DNA of 64,000 nt from Azolla caroliniana. Its lineage: Eukaryota; Plantae; Polypodiophyta. Made by a program: the position numbers and the translations under genes. Within the stretch, counting starts at the first letter, position 1. Each line of letters opens with the position of its first letter. A model generated the notes under the pieces. The model saw nothing but the letters and a program-made list of their open reading frames with translations, was not told where the DNA came from and made no database searches. The stretch covers positions 4,154,001 through 4,218,000 of the forward strand of contig JBHGNT010000003.1 in the NCBI GenBank assembly GCA_043228905.1, written 5' to 3'. Shown here one piece after another: positions 40,519 to 54,728 of the stretch.

Positions 40519-43500
40519 AAAACGATATTTCATCTCTTAAAGCTTGGTAGGCGATAGATATATACATATATATATATACCTCCTGTTCTATAAAAAGGTT
40601 TAAAAAGGCTCTATCGAAAGCAACAAGTCCTATTTCTATACAAGATGGAGTCTTAGGTCATCCTAAACACAGACTGGTTGATAAGTCCAAACAAAAGGAA
40701 AAATCAGTATTCCTTGTTTGATACTCTTTCACTGCTCATTCCTTTGTACAGTTTTGGTTATCCATCCTTCCTCATCTCTCCTTCCAAGAGAGGAAAGAGA
40801 TGGTGTGGCCATGTCTCTTTGACACATCATCCGTCTATACGTAGAGTTTTTGTGCAACTCTAGTGCACAAATTACTGAATAAATTCTATGCCTGGGGCTA
40901 ATATATATATATATATATATATATACATAGAATGAATGTTTGATTGATTGAATACATGTATATCACAATCCTTTGTCCTCAGATTTTTTCCAACTCATCC
41001 AGTGAAAAATCTCTACTTGAGATATCTGCAGTCTTCCATTTTCATTGTAAACGACATGTAAAATTTCTTCTAATACTAAAATGGTTGCAAGTCCAATTCA
41101 GTTGATAAATTCTTATGTATATTTTATGATGACATTTAGTATTCCTTGCAAATTTGGGGTTTGATCATCAATGTGGTTATGGGTTTCTCATCTAACATAT
41201 GAACATTGAAGCTCACGATCATTAAGTGGATTTTGCCAAATTGGATGAATCGTTGAAAGCTCAGATCGATCATAAGTGGGATTTTGCCAAACTGGAGTGC
41301 ATGTAGTGGTTGAAGTTAGAATTCACAGGTTTTCTTCAGCAATGCTCAATATTGGAGGAAAAACTTAACAAGAATTAGGAAAAACATAGCCCTGAGAAAA
41401 CGTTAAATTGGAAATGGTATTGTCACCGAGTACATGTATTATGTTTGCCGTTTGAATGCCAAGCAACATTAGTTAGCTCCTGCATGACATGACGATCTCT
41501 GTAGCAATGTAACGGTAACCAAAACTTATGCATATGTATTGCTAAATAGGTCTACCCCTGAGACTTGACTTGACCACTTTTGGCAAATGAAATATTTGAT
41601 CTCTTTGTCAAACCATTGGGTTTAATTGAATTCGGTCCTATATTTCTCTCGTGTTCTACTTGCTTGCGTTGAATGCCAATGCTCAAATCTAGTATATTTT
41701 ACGTCATCGTTTCTCTTTTTGTGATATTTGAAAATCGCTACCATGGACATGCAGAAGTTCTTGAATGTAGTCCATTCCTTTTTGAATTTCTTAAAAATTG
41801 GAACATTTCCTTTATTGCGGCCTGCCAAAAACTCGTTTGACTTCTTTACAATCTTGGTTGATTACTTTCTCTAGAGTTCTCTTTTTGTATCGACCCGCAC
41901 CCCCCTCCAACTCAATCATGTCTTAGACAATTTGCTTCACACCGTACTTTTCTTCACAACTTATAAACTTCGTTATTGAAAGCTGTTGACATTTAAATTG
42001 AACATTGTGTTAAGGGTTAAGCTGGCATTTATTGTTTCATGGTCTTCGTGACCATTTAGGATTCTTAAAATGAAAGAAATCAAATCATGCATTAAAATGA
42101 AAGAAAGGAAGCCGGCTTGTTGGCTCATTCAAAGAATTTATGAGTCTAGAAGTTAAATGCTTGGGCCACACAAGAAATGTGTTTTGCTTTTTGTGGTAAT
42201 GGGAGACCTTTAATGAAATTTCACCACAAGATAAGTCGTATTTTTAAAAGAGCAATTCATTATATCTTTTTGGTGTGTTCCGCCCTTGTTTAGATGTAAA
42301 CCACTAGTAGAAAAATATAACTAGGATTAACATGTACTTTATTATGGAAAGACGAGATGTGACTCATTTTACTTTAATATCCACACAACTTAAACAAAGG
42401 TTAGGGTGTTTGTATGCAATAATGGGTTTCAAACACCTTCGCATTCTCGGACAATTCCAACTCAAATTAATGTGAATGAAAACTTAGTTGTAAGATGAGC
42501 TTTTGTTTCTTAAGATTATTCATATTTTGCTAATCTTGCTCAACATATTGAACCATATGGTTCATTTTTGTGTTTGCAAAACTCTATATAACAAGGATTT
42601 ATCGAGGGCCTCCCAATAATATTATACGATCGCAACATCCTAATACAATACACCTAATGTTTTTTGACATTACTAGAAAACCCTATTTTCCAAATCACAT
42701 AAGTATCCTAATTGTGTTAAGATTCAAGAACTTACCCTAATTAAATCATAATAGGACTATGAGTGAGAGATTGTGAGAGTTGATTATCCAACCTCAATTC
42801 CTAATCAAACGGAGTGATTTAACCAAAAATATCTAGATCATTTTCAGAGTTAACAATTCATTAGATATATTAGCCGAATTAACAAGAATGATGTTTTGAA
42901 TTAATTAAGAAGTAGGGGTATTTTCATAATTTCTTAAAAACATAGGGAGTATTTAGGTCATTTTGAAAATTGTAGACATATTCTCGCAAATATTGAGACA
43001 TATGGAGGGGGTTAATAGAAGGATTCAGGAAATAGATAAGGATATGTTCGTTTTGTGACTCAACACTTTTTTGGGTAAAAGACAAAGGTAAAAAGCAAGG
43101 CTTCCTAGGCACTGATGAGTAGAGAGAGAGAGAGAGAATGAGAGAATGAAAAATTTGATCTTATCCGTAAGCTTTAAGCTCCTACCATCTACCATGGTCC
43201 ATTGAGTGGTGGTGAAATGTTTGTATGTCATCGTATTGTATTTATTAAGGTCGCAAGTACAATGTTATGAGAAGAGAGGACAGGACAAGGGGGAGGGGGG
43301 AGGGGGGGGTTCACGATTTGTACAAATGATTGTTAACATAGTGTTGTCTAGATTGAATTGGCTTAAGTTTTGAAAGACCCACCCTAAAAACGGCGAAGTT
43401 ATAAGATTTCTCCATTGCATCTCTTTCTCTTAGACAATGTCTTAAATCAAGTTTAGGATTTACAATAACAAGAGAGAATGGGGATGAAGTATTCCTACAA

Positions 43501-46419
43501 ATTGAAATGTAGGAACTCATAAAAAGCTTCTACACAAGTGCCCAAGGAATGTTGAGCTTTCATGATTCTCCAAGTTATATCTCTTTCTCTTGGACGACAT
43601 TTCAAATGAAGAATAAGATTTAGTATTAAAGACTCTCTCATTCAACAATTTTAATAAGGTTTTACAAACTTTGGAGGCATTTGTGAAAATTATTGCTTTA
43701 GAAAAATGGGGCTCAAATCAGGGTAGGCAGTGGGCACATGCCTCGATGATGTGGCCCAAGATAAGATTGCACCATTTTGTTAAAAATATTGCCCATCAAG
43801 AGTTTGCGCATAATATAAACACAAATGGGGTCTTTCAAACCTATTAACTTAGTGCAAAAAATATGATAACAAAGTGCAACATTGTTTCATAGTTGATTTT
43901 ATTTTATTGTTGGGGATGTTGTCATTCCCTCTATCTCCCTCAATCGACTCTCCTATCGTGTAGCCACTTAATGGATAAAAAAGATATTTTTTTCTTAGAG
44001 TGCAGTTGTATTTTGTTGGTACCTCCATTTTGTTCATTGTCTTACTCCCCCTTGATTTTACTTTGTTTATTCTCAATGTTGCTAATTTTGTTGTTTCCTC
44101 ATTTTATCGTGTCTTTGGATGCTATAATACCTAGAGAACGTTCATGTAATGCCAATATAATTTGTCTAATCGTCCTTCAAATTATTGCTTGAAAGTATGG
44201 CATCATACTTATGGAGATAGAGACAAATTGAAGAGAGCACTAAGATAATAATATGACACGACAAACAATGTCAACCACTAATAACACAATATGTGTGTGT
44301 GTGTGGGAGAGAGAGAGGAGCCAAAATAAAAAGGTACATATAAACTAAAACCAAATTATAATTTCATTGATTAATAATGTTGTTCTCTTTGCAATAATTA
44401 AAGTGGAGTACATTATAATGTTCACATTCAATAATTTGAGCAAGTGGCACTAGTGTATATGCTTATCCTATGTCACTATTTACTACGTCCTATTTATAAA
44501 TTCAAATTGAGAAAAACAAATATTGGTAGATCTCGTGTGTAGGATAGGATAGTCTTGGCTCGGCCTTCCTGAGAAAGGGATCGAATTTGTGTATATTTTA
44601 ACTAAAGGAGTATATTCTTTTTTTTTTGGAAAAAAAAACAAGTATTGGTAGAGAATTAAGCACATGTCATGCTTTTCTCACTATAGATATTGCATGAAGG
44701 ACAAATTAATTGTTGTCTATGACGGGGCATACCATGCTGATATGAAAAAATGCCAATCGACCTTTTATAGCAATCTATAGAGAGAATAGTTGAGAAGTTA
44801 ATGCATTAAATCAGCTAGACCTTATGGTTAGCAACCTAAATGATTAAAATGACCTTAGTCAAAGTGCTCAATTTCATACATGTCACTTCAAGCCATGAAG
44901 TTGTATTTGTGTTTGATGCTTAATGAGAGCATGCGAGCATATTATAATTGTGTTACATATCCATCTTTTGTCGAAATCATGGTTTGATGAGTAGTTTAAA
45001 ATGACTTTTGTCTAGCCATTGTCCCTATTTTATGCACTACTCCATTATCAAAGTAGATCACATGGAATGCTTATAAAATTATATAGGCTCTAAACTCGAT
45101 GGTTCCAACCTATTTGAACCAAAATGGATATGCTATCATGGAGAATGTGGAATGTAAATGTCGTGCATGAAACCATCAATGAGTTTGGTAGATTCTCTGT
45201 TGACTTGATCAAACAAATGTCAAAGAGTGTAGAGTCTAGACCATCATTCAAAACCTAAAGAATCAATTAACAATTAACAACATGCTCACATTGTAGAAAG
45301 TAGAGACACAAACAAACAACTTAGCATATGTAATTAGGAGGTCTTATCCCATTACAAAGACATATGGCTCTTTGATGGAAAAGTGAGACAAATAAGTTGC
45401 ATTCTAGAGCTTTAGAGACATTGCACAATGTATTTTTCATTGTGGCAAACAACTAGAAATATTCAATAAAGGTAGGCTAAAAAGTTATGTGAGAACGAAG
45501 CACGTGGAACAAGTTCTCATAAGAATGTTTCTTAGATTTTTTCCACAATGATTGCACAAAATTGATTTTTGGTTCCTCAAATCTATTGCAATATATTGTT
45601 TGTGTTAAGATTGTTGTAAGTTTCATATGAGATAGTCTCGCAAGGCAAGTATCGAAATCCAACACCACATTGGATATGATCTTGAGTCCAAAAGGATAAT
45701 AATATGTTTGAGCTAAGTAAACTAGACACAAACTCAAGTAAGTGTATTTAGCAGTACATCATACCTAGGGTTATGCATCATAAAGTGTGTTGTATTATTA
45801 TACAAGAAACCCTTTCAGAGGGTTATAGGCCTTCCAATTTATCCATTTGAGATTACCATATGTATGTAGTAATCTTCTAATATCTAACTTTGCAAGTTTA
45901 GCTTCCCTATCCATAAGATGAATTGTTCTATTAAATGACAACAATGTGCTCATCACAAACCAACAAGTTTATCCATTTCTAACCAAACACTATTTGATGA
46001 TCTCTTTACTATGTCAACAATTTGAAAAGAAACTCCATTGAATTAATCTCCCACTATTCATTGGACAAGCATGACAAACAAAACTAATGGTGCATTAATG
46101 GACATTTGTTGTATGTACCTTTGGATGCCCTACACCAAACTATCATAGCAATTACTCTTCCTTTGTGAAGTAAGCATGGATGTTTATCCAACATAAATGA
46201 AGAAACTCTTATGACATTCCATGCAAGTGAGATGTTATCTTTCTACGACTTTCAAAATTCCCACACATACAATCATCACTGTATTCTCCCAAATTTTTTT
46301 GAATGTGCAATCAAACTCAAGAAGGATTTCCTAGTCATGGTATCCCCAATGTCTTCGAATGTAATTATTCAATGATTCACTAGTCACGGTATTCCCTTGG
46401 TATATCTCAAATTATATAA

Positions 46420-49383
46420 GTTTGTGAAAGGGGAAAGTGAAGGGTCATGGCATGGCACCAATATAAAAAGGTAATGAGGAGAAAGAAAAGACAATACTTC
46501 CAAATGCAAGAAAGGAAAAAGAAAATGTTGTTTAAGATCCAACCATGCCTAGCATGGAGACAACTCAATGGTAAGAAGAAAGATATCAAAGGTGAATTTA
46601 CAAATGAAGAGATGGTAGAATATGTACAAAGCCTATATGTGCATGAGGGAGTGGCTCCTTTGGTTGAGAACATTGTACATGCACTGATCTTGGAGATGTC
46701 AATTAGGGGACAAAGAATATGGCTAATGGGAAAGTAGCCGATGTAACTCTTATTACACGTGAACTCTAAAATGGACAATGCCAAGCACTCATCAATAGAT
46801 CATGAACATCATAGATCAAGCTATTAAACTAGGTATGTTGAATGATTGGCTCATGAATTGGATTAAGCCAATGTTGGCGATGGTTTATGTCACTGCCACT
46901 ACAAGATCATGCCAACATACTCCATGGAATCATTAAGATGGACTATGAGATCGGAAATCATTAACGCTCTCCTGATTAGGGAATCTGCTACTCAAAGGAT
47001 GACAATGGAGAAATGGATAGGCCACGAGGAGGAGGGATCTCTGATCCCGAGAGGTAGGAGACCACCAGACAAGCTTGAAGGCTTTGAACTACGAGACACT
47101 GAGACACCAACATAGAATAACGCAATTCGAGTACTCACGTATACTGGTCATAAATGGATTGTAGATCCTGATCCGATCAAAGTACAACTCGATTGGCACA
47201 TATGTACTCATGAAAACACATGGCTACGTAAGGTCAGTTGGGACCCTTTGCAATGGACATGGCGAGGCAAGGAAACAAACCCATCCCTTTCTTCCAATTC
47301 ACAACTAGATTAGGTCGCCACATTCTAGTTGCTCAAACCACCTGAGAGCCGGCGGCTACGAAGATCTGGCACACATTTCAAGTTCCTCCCACAATAATCA
47401 CCAAGTTTTGGCAGAAAATCTGGAAACAACAACACGCGAGGCGAATTACCACGTTCCAATGGCTATTAATACATAAGTCCCTACCGGTGGGAGCATGGCA
47501 ATGTGGGAAACTTAGCTCTCCTAATTGTGTAGTGTGCCCACATGCAGTAGAATCAATACGACACGCTCTGTGGGACTACCCAACGTCCCATTGAATATGG
47601 CGGGGGGTTGGCCGCTTGTTGCAATTATGCCAGGTGCAAGGCTCAATCAAGTGGGGAAATATATGTTAGCTATCATGGCAGACCGCAGTTGGCAGATACG
47701 AGCATCGGGAAGACGGGATGGCTTTGGTGATAAAAACACAAGAGGTTTTTTTCTCCTCCAACGGCAATGTCCACTCCACTCCTCTTAATGGCAAATCTCA
47801 AGATGTGTTAGAATTGGTTAGCCCAATAACTCTTTGGATTCTATGGAAACAACGGCGTATATGAGTCTTCTCCAACCAAACCACGCGTCCAACAAGGTTA
47901 CTGCAAGGGATATGGAGTGAAATTGTAGCCACTCTAAAGAGCCAATATGATGGCCTCAAGGGCGGCTCCGATGGAGTTGAAAGACAACGAATAGCCTTCA
48001 TCCAACAATGGTCGTCCTCTCCCTTTCTTGAGTCAATGGGCATACACATAAGATAGAACTATCACGTCCCTATAGGGATTTGTACATAATCGTCTCATTT
48101 GTAAAATTTTATAGCTAATGGAAGGAGTTTTTTTGGAAAAAATAAAAATAAATTAATTAATTAAATAAAGTATCAAACTATTATACAATCATGGTAGCTC
48201 GCTACTCAACTATTGCTAAATTGTATAACACTATCATGGAGCAAAAGGTAAGTGTATGGATTGTAAGTCAAAACAAACAAGCACTGGGGCAAGTAGGTTT
48301 TAGACCAAAACATTCCACAATAGATCATCTTGTTACATTAAGAGTAATTATGGAAGAAAGTCAACTGCAAAGAAAGAAACTCTATTGTGGCTTTGTTGAT
48401 TAGAAAAGAATTTGATACAGTACCATGAAGTGAGCTTTGGAATAGAATGGTGGAAATTGACATGCCATGACATGCCATTAGAGTATCGAGTTGCTATTGC
48501 ATGATTATATGAGTAAGAATGGTTTCTCATAATAGTTTTTAAGTAACATGGGGGTTAAGCAAGGATATCCATTATCACCTACACTCTTTGGTTTATGCAT
48601 TAATAAATTGGAAGATGTGGTGAATTGGGTTGCAAGAGAAGGATTAGATGCCCCAAAACTTATGGAACAAGTTATCTTATGTTTTTATAAATACATTATA
48701 AAAGTTAAGTTATAGATGACCATGTCTTGCTTGGAATGTTAGATGTAAACTACAAAAGAATCACAAGAGTAAAAATTTCTCATCTGGTTGGGTAACTGAC
48801 ATAAAAAAAGGGTTCAAAAGATGGGATGTAGAGCTTTCAAGTGATGCTACGAAATATATAGTTATTGAGGAAAGATTAATGGACCCACTAAGGAAGGAAT
48901 GGAAAGATGCTAAAAGGACAAAATTAGAATATTACATTGCAAACATCAATCCTAAATGTTGGGTTCTAACATGAGTATTAACTCTCATAGAGCGTTAACA
49001 CTCCTTCACATTTGATCACACAACCTAGGTATTGAAGTTGCATTAAGGAATCAAAATCAGCCAAATATAAAGGCATGTAAGATATGCAAGGAAGGGCTAG
49101 TAGAGGATGAGTATCACTTATTGCATGCTTGATATATAATGCAATTCGTGAAAGCTACAATGATATATTAAGAGGGGGTGATGAATTGAGTGTCACATTA
49201 AAGAGAACACCTAGAAATGTTGAGCTCATTTGTATGCCTTATTCACACACCGAGACTTGGTGCTTCAAAGTATGAACATTCCTTCTTAGGAAGGAGACAC
49301 ATCAAGATAATTGTTGTACTTAGGTCCTATGGGTCAATGTTTGCCTTTCTATGGGCGTTAAAAATATCTTTCTATCTATCTAC
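46420..49383 (+). mobile_element. RTE-X-like LINE relic split by a nested L1 insertion; (TCTA)n tail
   Basis: YKKVMRRKKRQY and DWLMNWIKPM precede the L1. After it come NYYTIMV...KLY, QVGFRPKHSTIDHLVTLRVIMEE, GVKQGYPLSPTLFGLCI and CKIC..GLVEDEYHLL, ending TCTATCTATCTAC at ~49370-49383. Confidence 0.85.
46875..48168 (+). mobile_element. 5'-truncated L1-clade LINE (zf-RVT C-terminal region) with A-rich tail
   Basis: FWQKIWKQQHARRITTFQWLLIHKSLPVGAW...CVVCPHAVESIRHALWD and LWILWKQR; A-rich tail 48137-48168; same family as 30092-30331. Confidence 0.85.
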
Positions 49384-49970
49384 AATTGAGTTCTTTTTTG
49401 TTAATAACGGTTAACTATTATATGAAATTTTGAGATACACAATTTGTTTTTGAACATCAAAAACCAATGGAGAAGATAGGGATTTACACTACAATAGAGA
49501 ACTATCTAAGGCTTCCATAATACAAAATGTGTTAACCTAATCTAACCCATTTGTTCAATTAAGTGTGCCACTTTCTCCATTGACCACACTTAACAAAGTG
49601 GTTGGATATTGTTCACACCAACATGACCTTGAGTACTTTATCCTCGCTAAACATATCATCCAATTAATTTTAGATTCTAGTAACCTTTTATGTACCTCCC
49701 ATATCCTCTAGTGGTGCGAACTCTTACATCATCCTCTTGCAAATCACCACATTATCTAGTTGTGTAAGTTCAACATCATGCATCTCAATTTTCTCCATTT
49801 AATAATATTTCAACACTTCCGAGCTCCATAATAGCTTCTAAATCCACTTAGGTAAAAGGAAATCCATAAAGAGATCTACACTCTTGTCCCTTGAAGCACG
49901 ATACTACATCTTTACCTTTTCATTTAAAATAAATTCTTGTATGATGTAGTAATATAGCAAAATATGCTCG

Positions 49971-50416
49971 ACCCAATTGTGGAGCACTAAACTCTTTTTG
50001 ATAGTTATGAAACGTTCACAATCACATGTTATTGACATTAGCCCCTCTTCAACAAAATCTCGAATTATCCATGAGATTTTTAATACATATTGTTTTGCAT
50101 CCCACATACCACATTGCCTTGTACTATGCTTTACTGTGTTTTGCATCCAATTGTGGAGCACTAGATTCATTGTGATAGTTATGAAACATTGCCAATCACA
50201 TGTTATCGACATTACCCCCTCTTAAATAGAATCTTGAATTATCCATGAGATTTGTAATCCATATTGTTTTGCATCTCACATATCCAATTGTGGAGCACTA
50301 GACTCTTTGTGATAGTTATGGAATGTCACATGGTATCGACATTACCCCCTCTTAAACATAATCTAGAATTATCCATGAGATTTTTAATCCATATTGTTTT
50401 GCATCCCACATGCCAC
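49971..50416. repeat. Tandem repeat, ~140-175 bp x3
   Basis: CCAATTGTGGAGCACTA...GATAGTTATG...GAATTATCCATGAGATTT...TTGTTTTGCATC occurs three times. Confidence 0.9.
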
Positions 50417-50820
50417 ACTACTTTTTACTATGCTTTATTCAAAACAATGAGACACCAAACTTCTTATATCTCTAGGATACTAATGACAAGAAAACAAGAA
50501 GCCAAAAGTAGAATTGAGCACATGTAGCACACACACACACTTTCGTTGCGAGTGTTGCATTTTTATTTACCCATAAATCTACCAACCTCGTACTCAAGTA
50601 TCCAAATTGAGTATCACCTTCTCCTCAATTCAATTATAGATTCTATAATCAATTACCTAGTTGAGCATTCGTCACTCAAGTTGTGTACGTAAAGGTAATT
50701 TAAGACAAATCTAAATTGGAACAGAATGACTTACAAATTCCAAAATATAAAATTCATGATATTGAAACTGTTGTATGGTGCTAAAAAGACACTCTATGCA
50801 TGTGAAAAGGTTTTTGGAAG

Positions 50821-51204
50821 TAACAATCGGCAACGGTTCGGTTGAACCGCAAAACCACGGCTTAAATGGTTTAACAGGTTTTAATTTTTAATTTTTTCTA
50901 TTTAAAATAATAATAATAATTTATTTTTAAACAAATCTTTTCATTTTTAAACCTTATTCTCACATTTTAGGAACATGTTAAAAAGTTTAAAATTTTAAAA
51001 TTTTAAAAATTAAAAATTAAAAATTTGACCTACGTTGAAAACCGAAACTAAACCACGAAACCGTGGTTTTTACGGTTTTATGGTTTAACGGTTTGAAAAA
51101 TGTTTAATGGTTTCGTGGTTCGATTCGGTTTGGCTGAGGCTGCAAAAAATATAATTTAACGGTTCGGTTTGGACCATCTCAAACCAAACCGTTGCCCATT
51201 GTTA
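50821..51204. mobile_element. hAT-superfamily MITE, 384 bp
   Basis: TIRs TAACAATCGGCAACGGTT / AACCGTTGCCCATTGTTA (17/18 match); perfect 8-bp TSD TTTGGAAG (50813-50820, 51205-51212); subterminal AAACCG/CGGTT repeats; AT-rich core. Confidence 0.93.
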
Positions 51205-51766
51205 TTTGGAAGGCTCAGCTCAGGCTTGGATTTCTTAAATCAATTACAATTCTGGAAGTTACCTATGTCCGACATAATGTTATAATATCCGTCCTAAAAA
51301 TTGTTATAAACGTAGGGAGCCACAACCAAAACATCTCTCCCATAAAGCCCTGTTTAGTCACATAATTTTTTGCATCTTGCTTCTTATTTCTGCTTTCTTT
51401 TTCTCCTGCTTAAATTTGGGTTTTGGATTGTGTGGAATTTAGGGTTTTGGATTCTTGCTTCTCTGTCCTCTTTTTCTTTCCCCATCCTCTTCTTCTTTAT
51501 TGAACTTGTTGGAGATTCTTGTTTTCAGAAACAGCACGTTTTGGAGCAAGGGTGCGTTTCTCATTGGTCATTTTTCCAAAACCAATCATTCGTATCATGC
51601 TTTTTTATTCATTTTTCTTACAGATATTTCCATGGATTATGAGTGAGATCGAGAGAAAAAGAGATGTGCCTCATACATTGAAGAATGTCTCAGAAATCCG
51701 CAGTGCTAAATTTTGAGGTGAGGAGCTTCGTGTGTTTAAAACGTCTCATTAAGATGCTATGATTCT

Positions 51767-53284
51767 ATGCTAAGGAACACACTCTATCTTCGTTTACTAG
51801 AGTGTGTGAAGAAGAAAGACGTGACTTTTACAAGGAATGTACACCTTTCTCTGTTAAACTATGGCCAAGATTCGATCTCGACCTTAGGTGGTTACCTCAT
51901 CCGAGCCCTCACCACATCCACAGCAACTTTGTTTGAAGCGAACATAGTGTTTTCTAGTGTCTCCAAGCCATGCGTCTTCACTTGGAATGCTATCATTCTC
52001 GCTCACACAATCTTCGGCGAAGACTTTATTGCATTGGATTTGTACACACAAATGATGGGCGATGGCGTGCAACCCAACGATGCCACGTACTCTTGGGCCG
52101 TGAAAATATGTGGTGGTGTAGGGGCTCTTCTAGAGGGGATGCTTTTACATCAACAAGTGGTTGAAAATGGGTCAGAGACGAATGTAATTGTCGGGAATAG
52201 TTTGGTCGATATGTATGCGAAATGTGGTAGATTGGAGGAAGCAAGACATGTGTTCGATAAGCTTCCTGGTAAAACTGTGGTGTCCTGGGGTGCCATGTTT
52301 TCTGGATATGCCCAGCAAGGTAAGGGACAGACTGCCCTTGAGCTTTTCAAGAAGATGCTCCTATGCTATCATGATGTCGAGCCAAATGCTTTCATATATT
52401 CTTGTCTTTTGAAAGGTTGCTCCAATACACATCTTATAGATCAAGGTAAACTTGTACACAAGAATGTCGTTATTTCAAGCTTTGATGTTCATGAAGTGGT
52501 AGGAGGGAGTATTATTGACATGTATGCTAAATGTGGTAACTTAGAGGATGCCCATAAAGCCTTTCAAGCCTTGCCACACAAGAACGTAGTGTTATGGGGT
52601 GCATTAATGACGGGGTTTGTGGATCATGGTCATTCCTTGCACACCATTGATCTTTTCTTTGAGATGCAAGAGAAAGGCATCATGCCAAGCCGAGCCACGT
52701 TTCTTTGTGTGCTAAAAGCATGTAGCAATGTCGGAGTTTTCGAGGTTGGCATGTTGCTACATGACCATATATTGAGAATGGGTCTCCACCATGAAGTACC
52801 CATAGGAACCTTGCTTATTGAAATGTATGCCAAATGTGGTAAGTTAAAGGAAGCACAAAAAGTATTTGATAAGCTGCCTCCGAATTCTGTGGCTTGGGGT
52901 ACACTGATTGCTGGTTATGCACACGTAAACAATCACTCATGTGAACAATATCTTGAAACTATGCAACAAGAAGGTGTAAAACCTAACGATCTCACATATA
53001 GTAGTTTGCTTTCATCCTACTCTCATGCTGGAACATTGGAAGAAGGTTGCCTTTCTTTCAAACACATGATGGAAACCCATGGGATTGCTCCTAGCATTGA
53101 GCATTATAATTGCTTGGTTGATCTTCTTGGTCGTACAGGTTCCTTAGAGGAGTCCAAGTATTTGCTTCATACAATGCCATTCTTACCGGATTTTGTTGGA
53201 TGGACGGCGTTGCTTGCAAACTGTCATTCCCATGGTAATGTGATGCTAGCAAAAGGTTTATTCAATCATGCTTTGGAACCCTAA
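51767..53284 (+). CDS. PLS-class PPR protein with truncated E domain, intronless
   Basis: 505-aa ORF with P-L-S triplets, a P2-L2-S2 block (IEHYNCLVDLLGRTG) and E1 start WTALLANCHSHGNV; stops before the AAYV motif; no obvious transit peptide. Confidence 0.85.
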   Translation: MLRNTLYLRLLECVKKKDVTFTRNVHLSLLNYGQDSISTLGGYLIRALTTSTATLFEANIVFSSVSKPCVFTWNAIILAHTIFGEDFIALDLYTQMMGDGVQPNDATYSWAVKICGGVGALLEGMLLHQQVVENGSETNVIVGNSLVDMYAKCGRLEEARHVFDKLPGKTVVSWGAMFSGYAQQGKGQTALELFKKMLLCYHDVEPNAFIYSCLLKGCSNTHLIDQGKLVHKNVVISSFDVHEVVGGSIIDMYAKCGNLEDAHKAFQALPHKNVVLWGALMTGFVDHGHSLHTIDLFFEMQEKGIMPSRATFLCVLKACSNVGVFEVGMLLHDHILRMGLHHEVPIGTLLIEMYAKCGKLKEAQKVFDKLPPNSVAWGTLIAGYAHVNNHSCEQYLETMQQEGVKPNDLTYSSLLSSYSHAGTLEEGCLSFKHMMETHGIAPSIEHYNCLVDLLGRTGSLEESKYLLHTMPFLPDFVGWTALLANCHSHGNVMLAKGLFNHALEP

Positions 53285-54728
53285 TATCAGCAGCTTATGT
53301 TGAAAAGACAGTTATTTGGATCTATTTCGAAAATTTGTAAAGTTAATTTCGAAATGGTTCATATCCATGTGAAGTGATTGTTTATATATGAACATGATAT
53401 GATACACAATCCTTCTATTTCTGTGGAGATTGTGGATTATTGGGGTGCTTGAGATATCCACAACTCCATCTGGTGTAAGGCTTGATCTGCACCTTAATGC
53501 ATCCATTTTGTTGTATAGATGCTTGGAAAGTCTATGTAGTCAAAACAGTATCAACAGTAGAAGTCCATTGATGGAAATTAGTGTTGTGCTATTTGATGAT
53601 AGGTCTTGTTGCCATCATGGTGGTTTAGGACAAGTAAGATTTTACTTCCTTGTTACTCCAGCATTTATATCAATGTAATCTGTATATGTATATGTACATA
53701 TATTGGGTGCTTGGGCTGTTCATATGAACATCATTACTGTGTGGGCATTCTACCTCAGCATTGATGTGGAAAGGCTTTTTTCTCCCTTGACATTAATTGA
53801 CTCTTATGTAATATGCAAACATAATCTTAAACCTTTTCTCAAAGAGTCATATACTTTTGATCCAATGTCAGGAAGTGTCCCGCTTGTCTATATCTCTCTT
53901 CGTACTATACTTAAAAGTCACAAATATCTACTCTTCATGCCAATGATGTTAGAAATGATGAAATCATGAAAGTTGGTCTGGTCATGCACTTCGAACCACT
54001 TTACATGCTATTTTGTTCGATCACATAACCCTGATCACTCTTCAACCGAAGATTAAAACCCCAAACCCTTACATAAATGGTGCAATTTGCTAATGTGAAC
54101 GAACCGAAACTACATACTGAACGTTTGGCTTGGAATATGATCGAGACAACATAAGATACATAGCAAAACAACTAAATATAGTGCATAAGATGTAGTGGAA
54201 AACAACTAAATGTAGTGCTAATGTGAACGAGTCAAAGCTACATACATGACATTTTAGTAGTGTAACCACTAACTACTTGGACTCATAGTTGGAAGTGTTT
54301 TTTTTATTGATCTGCGATATAATTATATTCCTAGAGTTGCAAGGTCATCATTGAACTCCACTTTAGGAAGACACTAATCCCCTCTAATCAAAACACTAAT
54401 AATAGGCTATGATCTTGGTAGTACAATCCCCTCTAAATCCCACAATTTGCTTAACATATCCACCCTCGAGAAGAGACAATACATCAGAATCGTTCATTTA
54501 ATCAAGTATATTCAGAGTTTAATGTTAAACTCAAACACACCTTGAGCTTGATCACTTTAACACTTACGAAATCACATGCACATAACAATTACATGTATGT
54601 GTATATGTATATGTATATGTATATGTTTGGAAATATGAAACTTATAAGAGGGAATTAGCCGGTGGTGTTTGCCAGGCGGCAAACACGAGAACAACGCCGA
54701 GGGGTATGCAAGGAAATAAAGAAAAGTA

